From Octopus bimaculoides (taxonomy: Eukaryota), in assembly GCF_001194135.2 (NCBI RefSeq), contig NC_068983.1, positions 136,147,809-136,211,808 of the forward strand: DNA of 64,000 bases, written 5' to 3'. A program made the position numbers and the translations under genes. Shown here piece by piece: positions 39,951 through 52,225 of the stretch. Below the pieces are notes generated by a model. It searched no databases, was not told the origin of the DNA, and saw only the letters and a program-made list of their open reading frames with translations. Numbering within the stretch: the first letter of the stretch is position 1; the number at the start of each line of letters is the position of its first letter.

Positions 39951-40594
39951 TATATATACAGAGAGTGGGGAGGAGAGAAAGGGAGAGAGAGAAAGAAAGA
40001 GAATGGGGGAGAGAACAAATGAATAAACTAATTTCTGAGAAGCTGAATAAATACTACTCCCCTGTTTGGAAAACTACAGATTAGATGATAGTGAAAAGAG
40101 ATGTAGTAATTGATAAATTTATCTTTTACTTTCCATCAAGAAACTTTATCTGAACTGCAGGTGATATCGCATTTGAATTGGAGTTAGCATGAAGAGAAAT
40201 CTGAGAAGTGTACTCCCATTCTGGTTATATTATAGTACATAAAATAACGACATAGTCTTGAAGAATTGTAATACATTCTTCACATATTCATTAACAGAAT
40301 CATTTTACTACTTACAGCTGACTGCAGCTTTGATACAAACAGTAAATTCACCTATCACACTACTATTTCCTCCAATACTTGCTTTTAGCTTTTTTCTTTC
40401 TTTTAATACCCTTTCTCTAACTATGTTTGAAAATAAAAAAATGAAAAATGTTATGTGGCTATTTATTTCTGAGATTTATAGTTTAGTTACCTTATTTTTT
40501 TTCTATACTCATAGTAATAATAATAATGATTTCTTATATATCATTATTATTATTAATATTATTATTAAAAAAGAAATCATTATTATGACTAATA

Positions 40595-40672
40595 ATAATA
40601 ATAATGATAAGAATAATAATAATAATAAGAAGAAGAAGAAGAAGAAGAAAAAGAAGATGATGATGATGATGA
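40595..40672. repeat. Compound (AAT)n-(AAG)n-(GAT)n microsatellite
   Basis: Direct read. Confidence 0.9.
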
Positions 40673-42464
40673 CTAGAAAGAAAAGAAATGATATATAATG
40701 GATAACCATTTTGTAACTTTGCATAAGAAATAAATTTTCCAAGCTCACGTTTATCCCAAAGGTATGTAGATGTGTAACTCTGAGGCTTAAGGATAATTAG
40801 AAAAGAAAACAAAAACATTAAAGACAGAAAGACAAAAAAATGAAACACAAATATATTTAAATAGAAAGAAAGATTTATAGAAATTTTATCAATAACAGCA
40901 GACCCAAGGTATATATTTTGATATCTAGAATCATTAGTTAAGTTTTTACAGAACCTTTAAAAGCTTGTATTTCTATATACTGAATATAAATTCAAAGAGT
41001 GGAAATAGGATTTAAAGAGAAAAAAAGCGAAAGTTAGTACTCATTTTTTTTTTTTTTTTTGCTTTATAAATATATTTAATGTCCATGTTTAAATTCAGTA
41101 TAAAAAAATTATTTTTCTTAAACTGTTTATTATTAACAATTGTTTTAAAAAGATATCAAACCAGCATAAAATGGGACATTAGAACAATGACAATATATGT
41201 GTTGATACCCACTTGCAAAAACCAATGAGGGTCTCTATACAAAGTCACTCAATCTACATACAAGAAATAGCTAAATCTCCCACAAATAACATTACCATCT
41301 TAAAAGAAGGGAAATCATATCAAATGAAAGTAGCTTTTCTGAAAAGTAGAACAGTACCCTGTTATCAACCAGGCAAACAGAAGCATACAAAGTTATGTAT
41401 CCTTGCTGATGGTTTACTGACTAGCTGTAGTACAGTTTGAAATCATGACTTGAGAACCCCTTAATCCTTTAGATATTATGATTTAGAAATAAGAATAAAG
41501 ATAAAAGATTAAAAGTATTCTAGAAAGGTCTATGTATGTAGAAATCAAAGACATCATCTATTTTAGGTATAGCATTTATATCATTCATATTGTTCAGATG
41601 ATTGATTGATAAATAATTTAAATTAAATATTTTATATATGTATTACATATTACAGATAAAAATACAATGTGTCAGAAAAAATACAATTTTAAAAACAAAT
41701 TAAATATTTTGAGGTCCACTATAAACTCCTAAAAGTTTTAGAGTCCTCAAAGTAACCGAGGAACTATAATGGGTACTGCTCTTTTTGTTGACTAACTGTT
41801 GTTTGACATACATATGGTATTGCTTGAGGCTGGACAGATATATTTTTTTAATAAATGCTAAATCTTACTTTTCACCTCACACTTTTAACTTGTTTCCTCA
41901 GGTAAAAAAGAAAAAAAATGTCATGCCATTTTTTGCAAAAGATTGACAGAAGAGGAGTAATGGAAATGGAAAGATGATATTGGTTAGAATGTAGACTAAA
42001 GATTAAATGGAAGGAAAAAAAAAAGAAGTAAAAAAAAGAAAAATCAAAAAGAATACAAAATAAAAGAAACAAAAACTAAAAATTAATGCTTTTCTCTATC
42101 TCCCACAAATACTTTAGAGTACTTTTACAACGTCATAAGCTGAAGCAGTATGAACCAGCTGAATCTATAAAGGTGTAGAAGAAAACTCTTATAAACCAAG
42201 GTAGCTCTAAATCAGCTGAAACTATCTAAAATATATAGAGGTGTAACTGATAGCAGCTGGAGAGTCTGCTTACCAATGCCTATCTTTCACAGTAAAGGTA
42301 AAAATAATCTGTTACACAGTCAAATGAGAAAGAGCATGTTAAAAAAGAAAGCAAGAAAATAATAAATAATAATAATAATAATAATGGTGGCAAACCATTG
42401 GAAATATAATTCTCCATTAGGGATTCTGTTGCAACCTTATGTAGAGAGACTGAGTGTAATACAA

Positions 42465-42492
<28 letters not shown>

Positions 42493-42500
<8 letters not shown>

Positions 42501-42775
42501 TTGCAAGATTTTTTATGTGAAATCGTGTGTTGAAACAGATGTTGTTGTACTTGGGGATGGTCATATTGCCAGTTTAGCCAATAAAAACACACGCACTGTA
42601 TATTTGGTGTTAATTTTTTTTTTTTTTTTTACAAAATGGCTGATAGTTAGCAAGGTGAGACACACATAAGAAAGAAGGAAACAAAGGACCACTGATGAGG
42701 TCACAGAAGTGTGACGAAAGAACTCTGGCCGAAATAAGATTAAGATTAAGATTAATGTAATATAAAGCTGAAAAA
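42493..42775 (+). mobile_element. Penelope-like / hammerhead-bearing element end, cut by a gap
   Basis: Carries the hammerhead at 42686-42730; 42493-42598 is related to 58545-58584 (same strand) and 58632-58705 (opposite strand). Confidence 0.6.
42686..42730 (+). ncRNA. Minimal type I hammerhead ribozyme, catalytic core intact
   Basis: GGACCA-CTGATGA-G-GTCAC-AGAAGT-GTGAC-GAAA-G-AA-CTC-TGGCC: stem I GG(A)CCA/TGGCC, stem II 5 bp, stem III AG/CT, predicted cleavage after C42725. Confidence 0.85.
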
Positions 42776-42979
42776 NNNNNNNNNNNNNNNNNNNNNNNNN
42801 NNNNNNNNNNNNNNNNNNNNNNNNNNNNNNNNNNNNNNNNNNNNNNNNNNNNNNNNNNNNNNNNNNNNNNNNNNNNNNNNNNNNNNNNNNNNNNNNNNNN
42901 NNNNNNNNNNNNNNNNNNNNNNNNNNNNNNNNNNNNNNNNNNNNNNNNNNNNNNNNNNNNNNNNNNNNNNNNNNNNNNN

Positions 42980-43023
<44 letters not shown>

Positions 43024-43519
43024 TATACTAAAAAATACATCTGGTTCTACCACTAGCAAGAATAGAGATTTAAGAGTGCTAGAATTTTGACTGGTTCTTA
43101 TGTTGAAGAGTTTAAAGTTAGTTTATAGGCTAGAAGAAAAAAAACCTTGACTTGCCAAATGTTGGTTCATATATTATGCGACACACAAAAGGAAAAACAA
43201 GTCCAAAAAACAAAAAGATAGATGTAGAAAATAAAGACAGGGGAACTAAGAAAGAGTGTCTGAGGATGCAACAACTAAAACATTGGGTATATGCCAAGAT
43301 AAATATGACTAGAGGTCAAGGTCATTGACAGAAGTGTCTGCAACATTTTGTTTTCAAATTAGTAATGTGATGACCAAAAGAATAGGGCTCTGAAATAAAT
43401 AAAAAAATGCTTCACATTATTTAGTTTTTTTTTTTATATCTTGCTTTCAGTTTCAAATGCCATTATGACTAACATTGTCTTTCAGAGTATACATAGGGAA
43501 ACATACATATAAGTGTTAT

Positions 43520-43670
43520 TCTGGCTGTATGGTTGAGAAGTTTATTTCTCAAACACATAGTTCAGTTCCACTGTGCAGCACTTTGCGCAAGTACTATCTT
43601 CTACTTTTGCCCAAGGTGACCAAAGCCTTGTGAGTGCATTTTGAAGATGGAAACTAAAAGAAGTCCGTAG
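43520..43670 (+). mobile_element. SINE family A head
   Basis: CTGGCTGTATGGTTGAGAAG...ACCAAAGCCTTGTGAGTG...GAAACTAAAAGAAGTCCGT. Confidence 0.8.
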
Positions 43671-44449
43671 TGTGTGTGTGCGTGTGCGTGTGTGTGCATG
43701 TGTGCGTGCGTGCATGTACAGACATATGTTTGTGTTGAGTGTTTCATTACTGCTTGTTTACATGAAAGTCACATCATGAGTGGTGCTGTTGTTGGTACTT
43801 CTGTTAATAGATTGCCAGCACACTTTAATGCCTTCAAAGTAGTATAGAATAAGCCAAGAGTTAGCATCAAGAAAGGCATCTGGTTGTAAAACTATGCCTC
43901 AGTATCATATTAATCTAGCCCATGCTAGCATGGAAAAATTGATGCAAAAACATAGACTGAGGTCAGATTAGTGAACTAAGGTATTTCCCTTAAAAGTATT
44001 TACTTTGTGTCTAGTTAAAACATTACTTGTTATTTACTAATGTTACCTTATTCCTAGAAAAAGAATCACAGCACTAAGACAAAGAGTTAAGAATGATTCT
44101 ATTTAGTAACATTTCCTGGATATTTCATAATCTCAACAAAAACAAAATTGCTTTAAGAAAGTTAAAATGTCTACAGCATTGCCCTTAATTTGAAACCCTA
44201 CACCTCTACTGGCTACTATGACAGAGATAAGGCACTTGACCAACTAGAAACTAGCAACTAGATTTCTTTCAAATCATACTAGACATTTAAAAAAAAGATG
44301 TTAGAAAATGAAATATAGATACATTGTATGTATATTTCAGATATAACGTATATACACTTATACACATTATATCTGAAAAAAGAATGGATAATGGTTTTTT
44401 GAGCATAGGCTTGCTTCATCAGGGCTGACCTGAAGCTATCAACCAATAA

Positions 44450-44670
44450 AAATGATATATGGTTTCTAAGTTTGTCACAAGGCCACAAAGTTATTGGAAG
44501 GGGTTAAATTAAATGAATCAATCTCAATATAGTACTTACCTGCTTATTTCATGAACACTAGGGGGATGAAAGGTAAAATGTAATATGGATAGATTTGAAC
44601 TCAGAATGTAAAGGAATGTGAATACCACAAGGCATTTATTCTGGAGTTACCATTTCTCCCACTCCACCAC
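44450..44670 (-). mobile_element. SINE family B, reverse orientation
   Basis: GGTTTCTAAGTTTG...GGATGAAAGGTAAAA...TTTGAACTCAGAATGTAAAG...CTCCACCACCT. Confidence 0.75.
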
Positions 44671-45571
44671 CTAATCACTATAATTTTTTAAATTTCATAA
44701 AATAACACAAGGTTACAAGTTTGTAGAGAAAAGGAAAAGTATTGTACTTCAACCATGTGCTCTGACAAAGACCATTTCACTAATTCTAACATTAAGATAT
44801 AGAACAGTAGAAAGAGGATCAAAAAATAGAAATTCACAATGACAAGCAGATTTCAAATCTTGTTACAGAAGAATAAACTAAAAATCAAATATTCTGATCA
44901 GTAATATTAGAAAATCCCTTAGACTTCAGTAATAACAACACATTCTATAAACTTTATTTTATACAAAAGATATCGTATTTATATTAATTATGGCAATCCC
45001 TAGCCTCTGATTATGTACCAATATAATTAATATTGAATAAGAAAGAACCCTGAAATTCATAAGGAAGTAAATATGATGTGTAGTATTTATGCTTTTCTCA
45101 AGGACATTAAAAACTGAAGCTAAATAAAATATTAAAGCTGAGAATTGAAACTGGGTCGCAGACTTGGCTTTCTTAGAGTTGCTTTAGCGATTATCTCAAA
45201 AACAGCTATAATGTTGCAGCTATACAAAATTAAAATTGATTAAAATCGCAACAAATTGTATTTATAAAAAAAGCTGAAAAAATTCCATAGCAAAGACCAA
45301 ATTTTGTTGATTAAGATAATGTGCTAAAGTGGAAACTGCAAAAGCTAATAGTTCAAATTGAACAAATCTTCAATTTAACAACTCTGACATTTAACTGTCC
45401 AATCAACAAAAATGTTTCTCTTAAAATCATTTTCTTGTTTCTGCCAGTGGCAGATGTAGCATATTCATTTGTAAAGTTAAGAACTTTCAGATTTACCAAA
45501 TGGTTGATATACACTAAGCAGATTCAGATATAACAACAACAACAACAACAATAATAATAATAATGATGATA

Positions 45572-46110
45572 ATAATTTCTTTATTAACCACAAGGGTTTA
45601 CATCAAGAGAAACATTATGGACAGCACAGGACAAAACAAAGAATGTGTGTGTGTATGTGTGTTATTGTGAGGGTTTTGTGTCAACAATGTGTGATCCTCA
45701 ATAGGGATGAGACATTTGAGGGCAGCTCATGGAAAAACCCCATAAAAAAAACCATGGGTACCCTGACTTATGGGGCAGGTGCCTTTTTTCTTTTCCTTTT
45801 TTATCCAACTACAGGCATATGCACAGGGCAGGCATGGTCACTCGCAACATTCTCACCACTTTCATCCACCTTTCAGCAATAACACTTCCCTCTCTACCCT
45901 TATTTTCCTTTTCAAGTGAAACTTGAAGAAGTTGGTCAGGAATTGGCTAAAGAGAAAAAGTGTTTGTCTTCAGTTCCTTCAATCTCATCCACCATACAAC
46001 CTCTTTTGCCATGGCCACCAGGCAGAAAAAACACAGCTTTTCTTTCCCAGTTAAAGAAAGGTGGTGGGTGTCTTATTCTCCATACAATCTCTTGCTATAG
46101 CCACCAAAGA
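45572..46110 (-). mobile_element. L1/Tx1-like LINE 3' end
   Basis: Decayed ORF end (LVAIARDC...FFSLANS...ERWMKVVRMLRV) matches 9860-10222; tail GTGGTTAATAAAGAAA runs into (ATT)n. Confidence 0.6.
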
Positions 46111-47662
46111 GGAAAACAACCAACTCTGCAGTATAAGAAGAAGGGAGCAAAATGACCCTCACAATAGATTCAGCTAATAGTCAAGAACTATCATTTTTGA
46201 CACATAGAGCTCTGGGTTTAAGAGCTATCAGATGTTGCAGTGTGCAAAAGAGAAGACTGTGGTATGGACATGTGTTACATATGAAGGATGATTGTTGGAT
46301 AAAAAAAGGGGCCAAGTAATCAAATGGAAAAATCCTGTGGGATAGAGAGACCAAAATGTCATAGAAAGAAGTAAATAAATGATCTCTGGACGTTAAAACT
46401 CATGAAGAAAATGATGGAAGACTGCAACAAAGGTTGATAAATTGTGCTGCAGATCCACTCAACCTGCACAGGCATAGAAAATGGATGTATAATGATGAAG
46501 ATATGTCAAAGGTTACTTGTGTACAACATATAAGTGAAAGTTGAGTGAATTATAATATATATAATAAATTTCTGTGTCTGTTTTGCTGTTTGTAATAAAA
46601 TATAACTTTGTCAACAGACTAAGTGAAAAGTGATGAGTTACTTTTTTAACCTTTTAATGTAGACACATTATTTCAACTATAGATATAGCTTTTCTTTTAG
46701 TTTATAATTCATCTAAGTATTTTAAGTTCCTGAGATATAAATCCTGCTAAGTTTGCTAAATTTTGACACATTTTTAATGTTACACTTATTTTAATGTTTT
46801 AATAAAATGTGTTTATTAGTTTTCTCTCGTGTCTTCCAATTCAAGTGCATTCAAATCTAGTGTGATATAGTGTTTGTTTTAATATATTTGTATATCAAAG
46901 CCACAAATATCACTCTAATTGTTCATTCCACTTTTTGATTACCATGGTGACAAAACATTATACATTACAACATCACAAAAACAAGAAAACAAAGAAACAA
47001 ATAAGAAAAGTTAAATGAGATCTACACAAAAAACAAAAAGCTAAGAATAGGAAAAAAACATAACAACAGCAAGGCAAGTTTTATTACAAAAATAAAAAGC
47101 TATTAAAATATAATTATAAATATGGAGTAAATAGGAGAAAGTTGGAAAAAATTTTTCACCAAAAAATTTTTTACAAAATCAATGAAAATAAAAAGAAAAA
47201 ATATTGTTGGTAGTTTAGAGGATGGCTCAAATTGAACCAGATCAGAGCTATGTGAGAAACCAATATTGCTTTATTTATTAGGAGTTACCAGGTAACAAAG
47301 AATTAGAAAGAAGCAGATTTGTGATGTATCAAATAGAATGAGATTTATGTGGATGAGAACTAACAATGGCTGATACAAACATACACAACAAAAGAGAGAA
47401 AACATTAAGAAAAGTAATATATATAAATTGCTTTTCTCATTGTTCTTATTGTTTTATTAGCTGATCAATATAACAATGAGAATTGAGATTTTTAACTGAT
47501 TTATCATTACTTAGGCAATGTATTCTTTCTATGTATCTCATCTATATATTTCATCTTCAATATATTCTGTTTCAACTCAAATCTATTTTAATTACTCTGT
47601 TTTCATCTGTCAATCAAACTTGTTGCTCCAGAAGTTTCCATTTTAATATATCTGACCATTAA

Positions 47663-47881
47663 CCTTTGATGTCAACCCTCACCCAAAACTACCCCTGGTT
47701 CTGTGATACAAACATCCTGTTTTAAAGTGATCTAAATTAAAACCTTCTACCAAAATTTCATGTTAATTTTTCAAAATCCTAGCTTAATAACGACAAAATT
47801 ATTCTACTAAATTTTTCATCATTTTCAAAATTAATTGAAACAAAGTCAGTCTATTTCAACAGAAATATGGTAGCAAGAGGG
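47663..47881. mobile_element. piggyBac-like MITE (about 220 bp)
   Basis: TTAA at 47659-47662 and 47882-47885; CC...GGG ends with degenerate TIRs; no ORF. Confidence 0.6.
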
Positions 47882-48164
47882 TTAATATCATCTAGATAAT
47901 GATTTGACTTATTGATGGTTTTTAATAACTTTGTAGAATTTTCATAAAGGGTGTATTTTTTCGTTTTTCAGTGTTATATCATTCTTTTGATGTTTTAAAT
48001 TTTGACTTGTATAAATATGTTGCTAATCATTGATTTAAACATATTCTGACCTCCAACAAGATTCGCATTAGAATGGGTTACATATATTGAAAGGTCAATA
48101 TCTTGAATAAAAGCAAGTGTGTGCATGTGTGTGTGTATGTCTATCTAGCTATGTTTGTCTGTAT

Positions 48165-48315
48165 ATATAGCTGTGTGATTAATAAGTTTGCTTTGCAATC
48201 ATGTGGCTTCAGGTACAGTCCCACCTTTGCAAAGTGTCTTTTACTATAATCCAGCCAACCAATGCCTTGCAAGTGAAATTTGATAGATGGAAACTGTATG
48301 GAACACCCACTGTAT
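48165..48315 (+). mobile_element. SINE family A head, decayed
   Basis: AGCTGTGTGATTAATAAG...CAGTCCCAC...CAACCAATGCCTTG...GATGGAAACTG. Confidence 0.7.
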
Positions 48316-48432
48316 GTATAAATGTATGTACACACACACACACAAATCATCTCTTTATCATAATTATTTTACATTCACTTTCTGTGCTGGCATAGGTTGG
48401 AAGGCTGCATCTTGTTTGAGAGTCTCATCTTC

Positions 48433-48765
48433 GGCTTAGTTTCTATGCTCCACTGGATCTGCAATGTCAGTGTGCATATACAACAGAGTGTAAGTGTTTT
48501 AAGAGAAAAATTGCATATAAGAGGCATCAGATGTACTGTGCAACAGAGAAGACTGCTGGTGTGGCTATGTGATGTGAATGGATAAGGTTAGCTGCATAAA
48601 GAAGTGCTGCCCTCTAATTGTAGAGGGAACCTGTCGAAGAAGTAGACTCAGGAAGATGTGGGAGGAGGTGGTGAGAAATGGTCTTGAGTCTCACAGAGGA
48701 GATGACAAGGGACTGACGCTTCTGGTGACTTGCTGCGCTTCATAAGAAACATCAAGCTAAGTGAA
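48433..48765 (+). mobile_element. RTE-like LINE 3' end (same family as 29968-30530)
   Basis: SMLHWICNVSVHIQQSVSVLREKLHIRGIRCTVQQRRL; shares AGCCTCACAGAGGAGATGACAA (AGTCTC here) with 30457-30478. Confidence 0.82.
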
Positions 48766-49154
48766 ATTCTGACCATCCATATATATATATATATATATGC
48801 ATGACCTTTTTGATCATGACCCCAACCTCACACACACACACACATTATCTGACCTCTGTCAAAAATACCTCATCTTCCCAACACTTGCAGGACTCTCCCA
48901 TCCGCTTCTCCTTGGTGTTTCCCACTGCAGGCACCTCCACTCTCATGTGCCTAGCCATAAACTCTCTAAGCCTTCACATATCTTCTCTACCCACATCCCA
49001 GCATCTCCAATTTCCCTCACCATCACTTGATACAACTATGTCTTCTCCATCTCTAAACATATCCCCACACATGCCCATGGAATATCCTTCTTTATCCTCT
49101 CTGCACTACTTATACACTCCCTCCCACTATTCCCTGTAGGTAGACCCCAATACA

Positions 49155-49340
49155 TTTCCAAAAAGCACCTATGCTGGTACCATGTAAAAAGCACCCAGTA
49201 CACACTGTAAAGGGTATCCAACTGTAGAAACCCTGCCAAAACAGATGACTGGATCCTGGTGCAGCTGTCTGGCTTGCCAGTTCCAGTGAAACTGTCCAAC
49301 CCATACCAGTGTGCAAAACGGATGTTAAATGATGATGGTG
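49155..49340 (+). mobile_element. SINE family C 3' part
   Basis: GCACCCAGTACACACTGTAAAGGG...GTCCAACCCATACCAG...GGATGTTAAATGATGATG. Confidence 0.8.
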
Positions 49341-49771
49341 ATGAGTCAAATGCTATTCTTAACATCAACCATTTAACAGAATGTACTGGATGCAAAAGGG
49401 GCCACCTGGCCTTGTATCTGCTTGTTTAACAACCTTCTTATTGAGTGAGAAGTACAAAGATAAAGGCATGAATGAAGAATTGTGTGTGTGTGTGTGTGCA
49501 TGCATGTCATGTATTTGAATGTTGACATTCTACAGGTTTACTTGTCATCTGAGCAAAACGGTGATATGTTTACATTACTTTCTGATATCATAGCTGCTTT
49601 GCTCCATGCTTTTAAAAAACTGTAGAATAAATAATCTCTTACTTGAAAAGCAGGTAAGAATTGGATACAGAAAGAACATTTTCCTATAAAATGCAATCTC
49701 AAATAGTTCCTGTCTAACCCATGCTAGCATTCAGAAAGATGCTAAATGAACAAATTATACACACATATGTA

Positions 49772-50005
49772 TTCTTGTACTTGTTTTAGTTATTTGACTG
49801 TGGCTATGCTGGAGCACCACCTTAAAGAGTTTTTTTAGTTGGAGAAATTGACCTCAGGACTTATTCTTTGTAAGCCTAGTACTTATTCTGTTGGTCTTCT
49901 TTGCTGAACCACTAAATTACAGGGACATAAACACACCAACATCAGTTGTCAGGCAATGATGAGGGTGAAAAAATACAGACACAAAGACACACATAATTAC
50001 ACACA
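49772..50005 (-). mobile_element. SINE family A 3' half (head missing here)
   Basis: GGACTTATTCTTTGTAAGCCTAGTACTTATTCT is shared with 1955-1987; runs into (TA)n and then the mariner TIR. Confidence 0.88.
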
Positions 50006-50009
50006 TAAT

Positions 50010-50059
<50 letters not shown>

Positions 50060-50063
<4 letters not shown>

Positions 50064-50598
50064 GTTAGCAAGAAAGTAATTTCGTGTTTTGCAAATAGAA
50101 TTACAATTTTTTTAATGACTTTTGCCAATGTTATGATTTTTTCCTTTTGACATTTGATAGCCATTACTTTTAGTTTACTTTAGAGGCAAATTGTGTGTAA
50201 TTTTGTTTACAGCTGTTAGTTCAGTGTCAATTTTAACATGGAGTGCAAAAATGAACATTTTCGCCATACTTTGCTTTTTTATTTCTGTAAAGGCAAGAAA
50301 GCTGCAGAGGCTCACAAAGAGTTATATGAAGTTTACGGTGTTGATAGCTTAACAGAATGCAAATGTCAGAAATAGTTTAAAAAATTCCGTTCTGGAGATT
50401 TTTTCACTCAAAGACGACCAATGTTCTGGTCGACCTACTGAAGTTGCTGATGACTGAATCAAAGCCATAATTGAATCTGATTGTCATATAACTGTGTGAG
50501 AGATTGCAGAGAGGTTAAATGTATCACACACAACAATTGCAAATCATTTAAAATGTCTTGGACGCATTAAGAAGCTTGATATTTGGGTTCTACATAAA
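50060..50598 (+). mobile_element. mariner transposon 5' part: TIR plus decayed transposase N-terminal HTH domains
   Basis: TA target, TIR TTGGGTTAGCAAGAAAGTAATTTCG, ATG at 50238: MECKNEHFRHTLLFYF...RSGDFSLKDD..SGRP...KKLDIWVLHK (WVPH-like); in-frame stops. Confidence 0.93.
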
Positions 50599-50600
50599 TG

Positions 50601-50636
50601 GCTATCTCTAGTTTGCAACAATAACATCAATAAAAT

Positions 50637-50671
<35 letters not shown>

Positions 50672-50699
50672 ATGGCTGTAGTGCCAGTTCAGTAGGATA
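50601..50699 (+). repeat. Copy 1 of a ~95-bp direct duplication (partner 53318-53407)
   Basis: GCTATCTCTAGTTTGCAACAATAACATCAATAAAATATGATGATG is identical in both copies. Confidence 0.93.
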
Positions 50700-50797
50700 A
50701 ATGGAAAGAGTGTGTGTGTGTGCATTTGCAACATCCAATACAGAAGATCCAAACAAGCATAACAATGAAATGTATATTGGGAACAAATGATATGAAT

Positions 50798-50915
50798 TTT
50801 GGCTGTGTGATAAGAAGCTTCCTTGTTCTGGATTCCATTCTACTGCATAGCACCTTGGGCAACCAAAGCCTTGTGAGTGGATTTGATTGACAGAAACTGA
50901 GAGAAGCCTGTCATA
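50798..50915 (+). mobile_element. SINE family A head (3' half missing here)
   Basis: GGCTGTGTGATAAGAAG...ACCAAAGCCTTGTGAGTGGATTTG...GAAGCCTGTC, then (TA)n and a mariner TIR. Confidence 0.85.
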
Positions 50916-50929
50916 CATATATATATATA

Positions 50930-51066
50930 TTGGGTTGGCAAGAGAGTAATTTCGGTTTTTTAGTGTGAAATAAAAGTCATTTTTTTCATACAAAGAATGA
51001 ACTTTAATCAATCATATATTTTCCATTTTGTCTGATTACATTTTGCCATCTTTCTGGCAACTTTTT
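50930..51066 (-). mobile_element. mariner 3' end: transposase C-terminus plus TIR
   Basis: Minus translation KKLPERWQNVIRQNGKYMID*; TIR TTGGGTTGGCAAGAGAGTAATTTCG matches the TIR at 50060. Confidence 0.92.
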
Positions 51067-51100
51067 TTCTTCCTTCTTCCCTTCTTTTGGACTTTTTTCT

Positions 51101-51135
51101 ATTTCCGAAGAAGAGCTTTGCTCGAGACGTTAAAT
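51101..51135 (+). ncRNA. Degenerate minimal hammerhead motif in a Penelope-like fragment
   Basis: ATTT-CCGAAGA-A-GAGC-TTT-GCTC-GAGA-CGTT-AAAT: stems I and II and palindromic ACGT stem III intact; core changes U4>C and A14>G. Confidence 0.7.
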
Positions 51136-51237
51136 CCTCTTTTTTTCCTTTCCTGAGTGTCTGCTAATACATTATTTGTACCACGTCCTCACGTTGTTGT
51201 TTTTTCATGCTTGTTCTTCTTTGTTTGAATTCACTAC

Positions 51238-51271
<34 letters not shown>

Positions 51272-51343
51272 ATACATATATAATTAAGTTAAGCAGCTGT
51301 TAAGCAATGTATCACCAAAAAGGAAAACTATAATTGTCATTAA

Positions 51344-51522
51344 ATATGACAGAAAGTGTTAGAACACCTACAATGCTAGAAATAAGAGCTAAAGTACTCT
51401 GAAGCTGCAGTCAACGCATACAGTTGTATACATTGTATACAATTGCATGTGTTGACTGTAGCAGCAGAGCATTTAAACTCTTATTTCTAGCATTGTAGGT
51501 GTTCTAACACCCTCTGTCATAT
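51344..51522. repeat. Fold-back palindrome: 89-bp arms (77/89 identical), 1-nt spacer
   Basis: 51344-51432 compared with the reverse complement of 51434-51522; includes a 33-bp perfect run. Confidence 0.95.
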
Positions 51523-52225
51523 ATGTATATATTGTCCAACCCATGGCAGCATGAAAAAATCAATATTAAAGGATGATGATGATGATATGTATTTACTTAT
51601 TTACATGTACCTAAGAGTAAATTAATATGTTTGTGTGTGAGAAAGTTTGTGCATGCATATGCATTTCCATGTGTGTAGGTATGCACATGATTTCATGTTT
51701 ATACTACCAGAAAATAAAAGATAAAGAAAAAAGTCACTAATGGGAACAGTGTTATTGATGTTTAGTAGAATAGACAACTGCTGTTCAAGACGGACTGAGC
51801 AGACAAGCAGGATTAAAGTTAATTCCTGCACACACTTGAATGATTTGGCAGTATTATTACTTCCATTGTGCAATGTGTGTGTGTGTGTGTGTATGTGCAT
51901 TGGGGTAGCAGGTGATTTAGGTTATAGACCTTCTCTACTTCATACAGTAAACTTTAAAAAAGTAGCTGTCTTGAAAATAAGTTTACAAGAAACACACACG
52001 CATATTACAGTTTGTTTTATAATATCCACATATTTAATAATAATAATGATGATGATAATAAATGAGTGTTTCATATTTTAGCACAAGGAAAGCAATTTTC
52101 AAGGAGTGAGTAAGTTGATTACATTCACACCGGTGGATCAACTGTTACTTATTTTATCAGCCCCAAAAGGATGAAAGGCAAAGTCAACAGCAGAATAATA
52201 ACAATAACAACAGCGTCAACAGCTA

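Noticed and set aside
22360-44515. TTAACCCCTTCCA at 22360 and its reverse complement near 44500 as ends of a 22-kb piggyBac
   Set aside because: The right-hand match is part of a SINE B tail and no transposase lies between.
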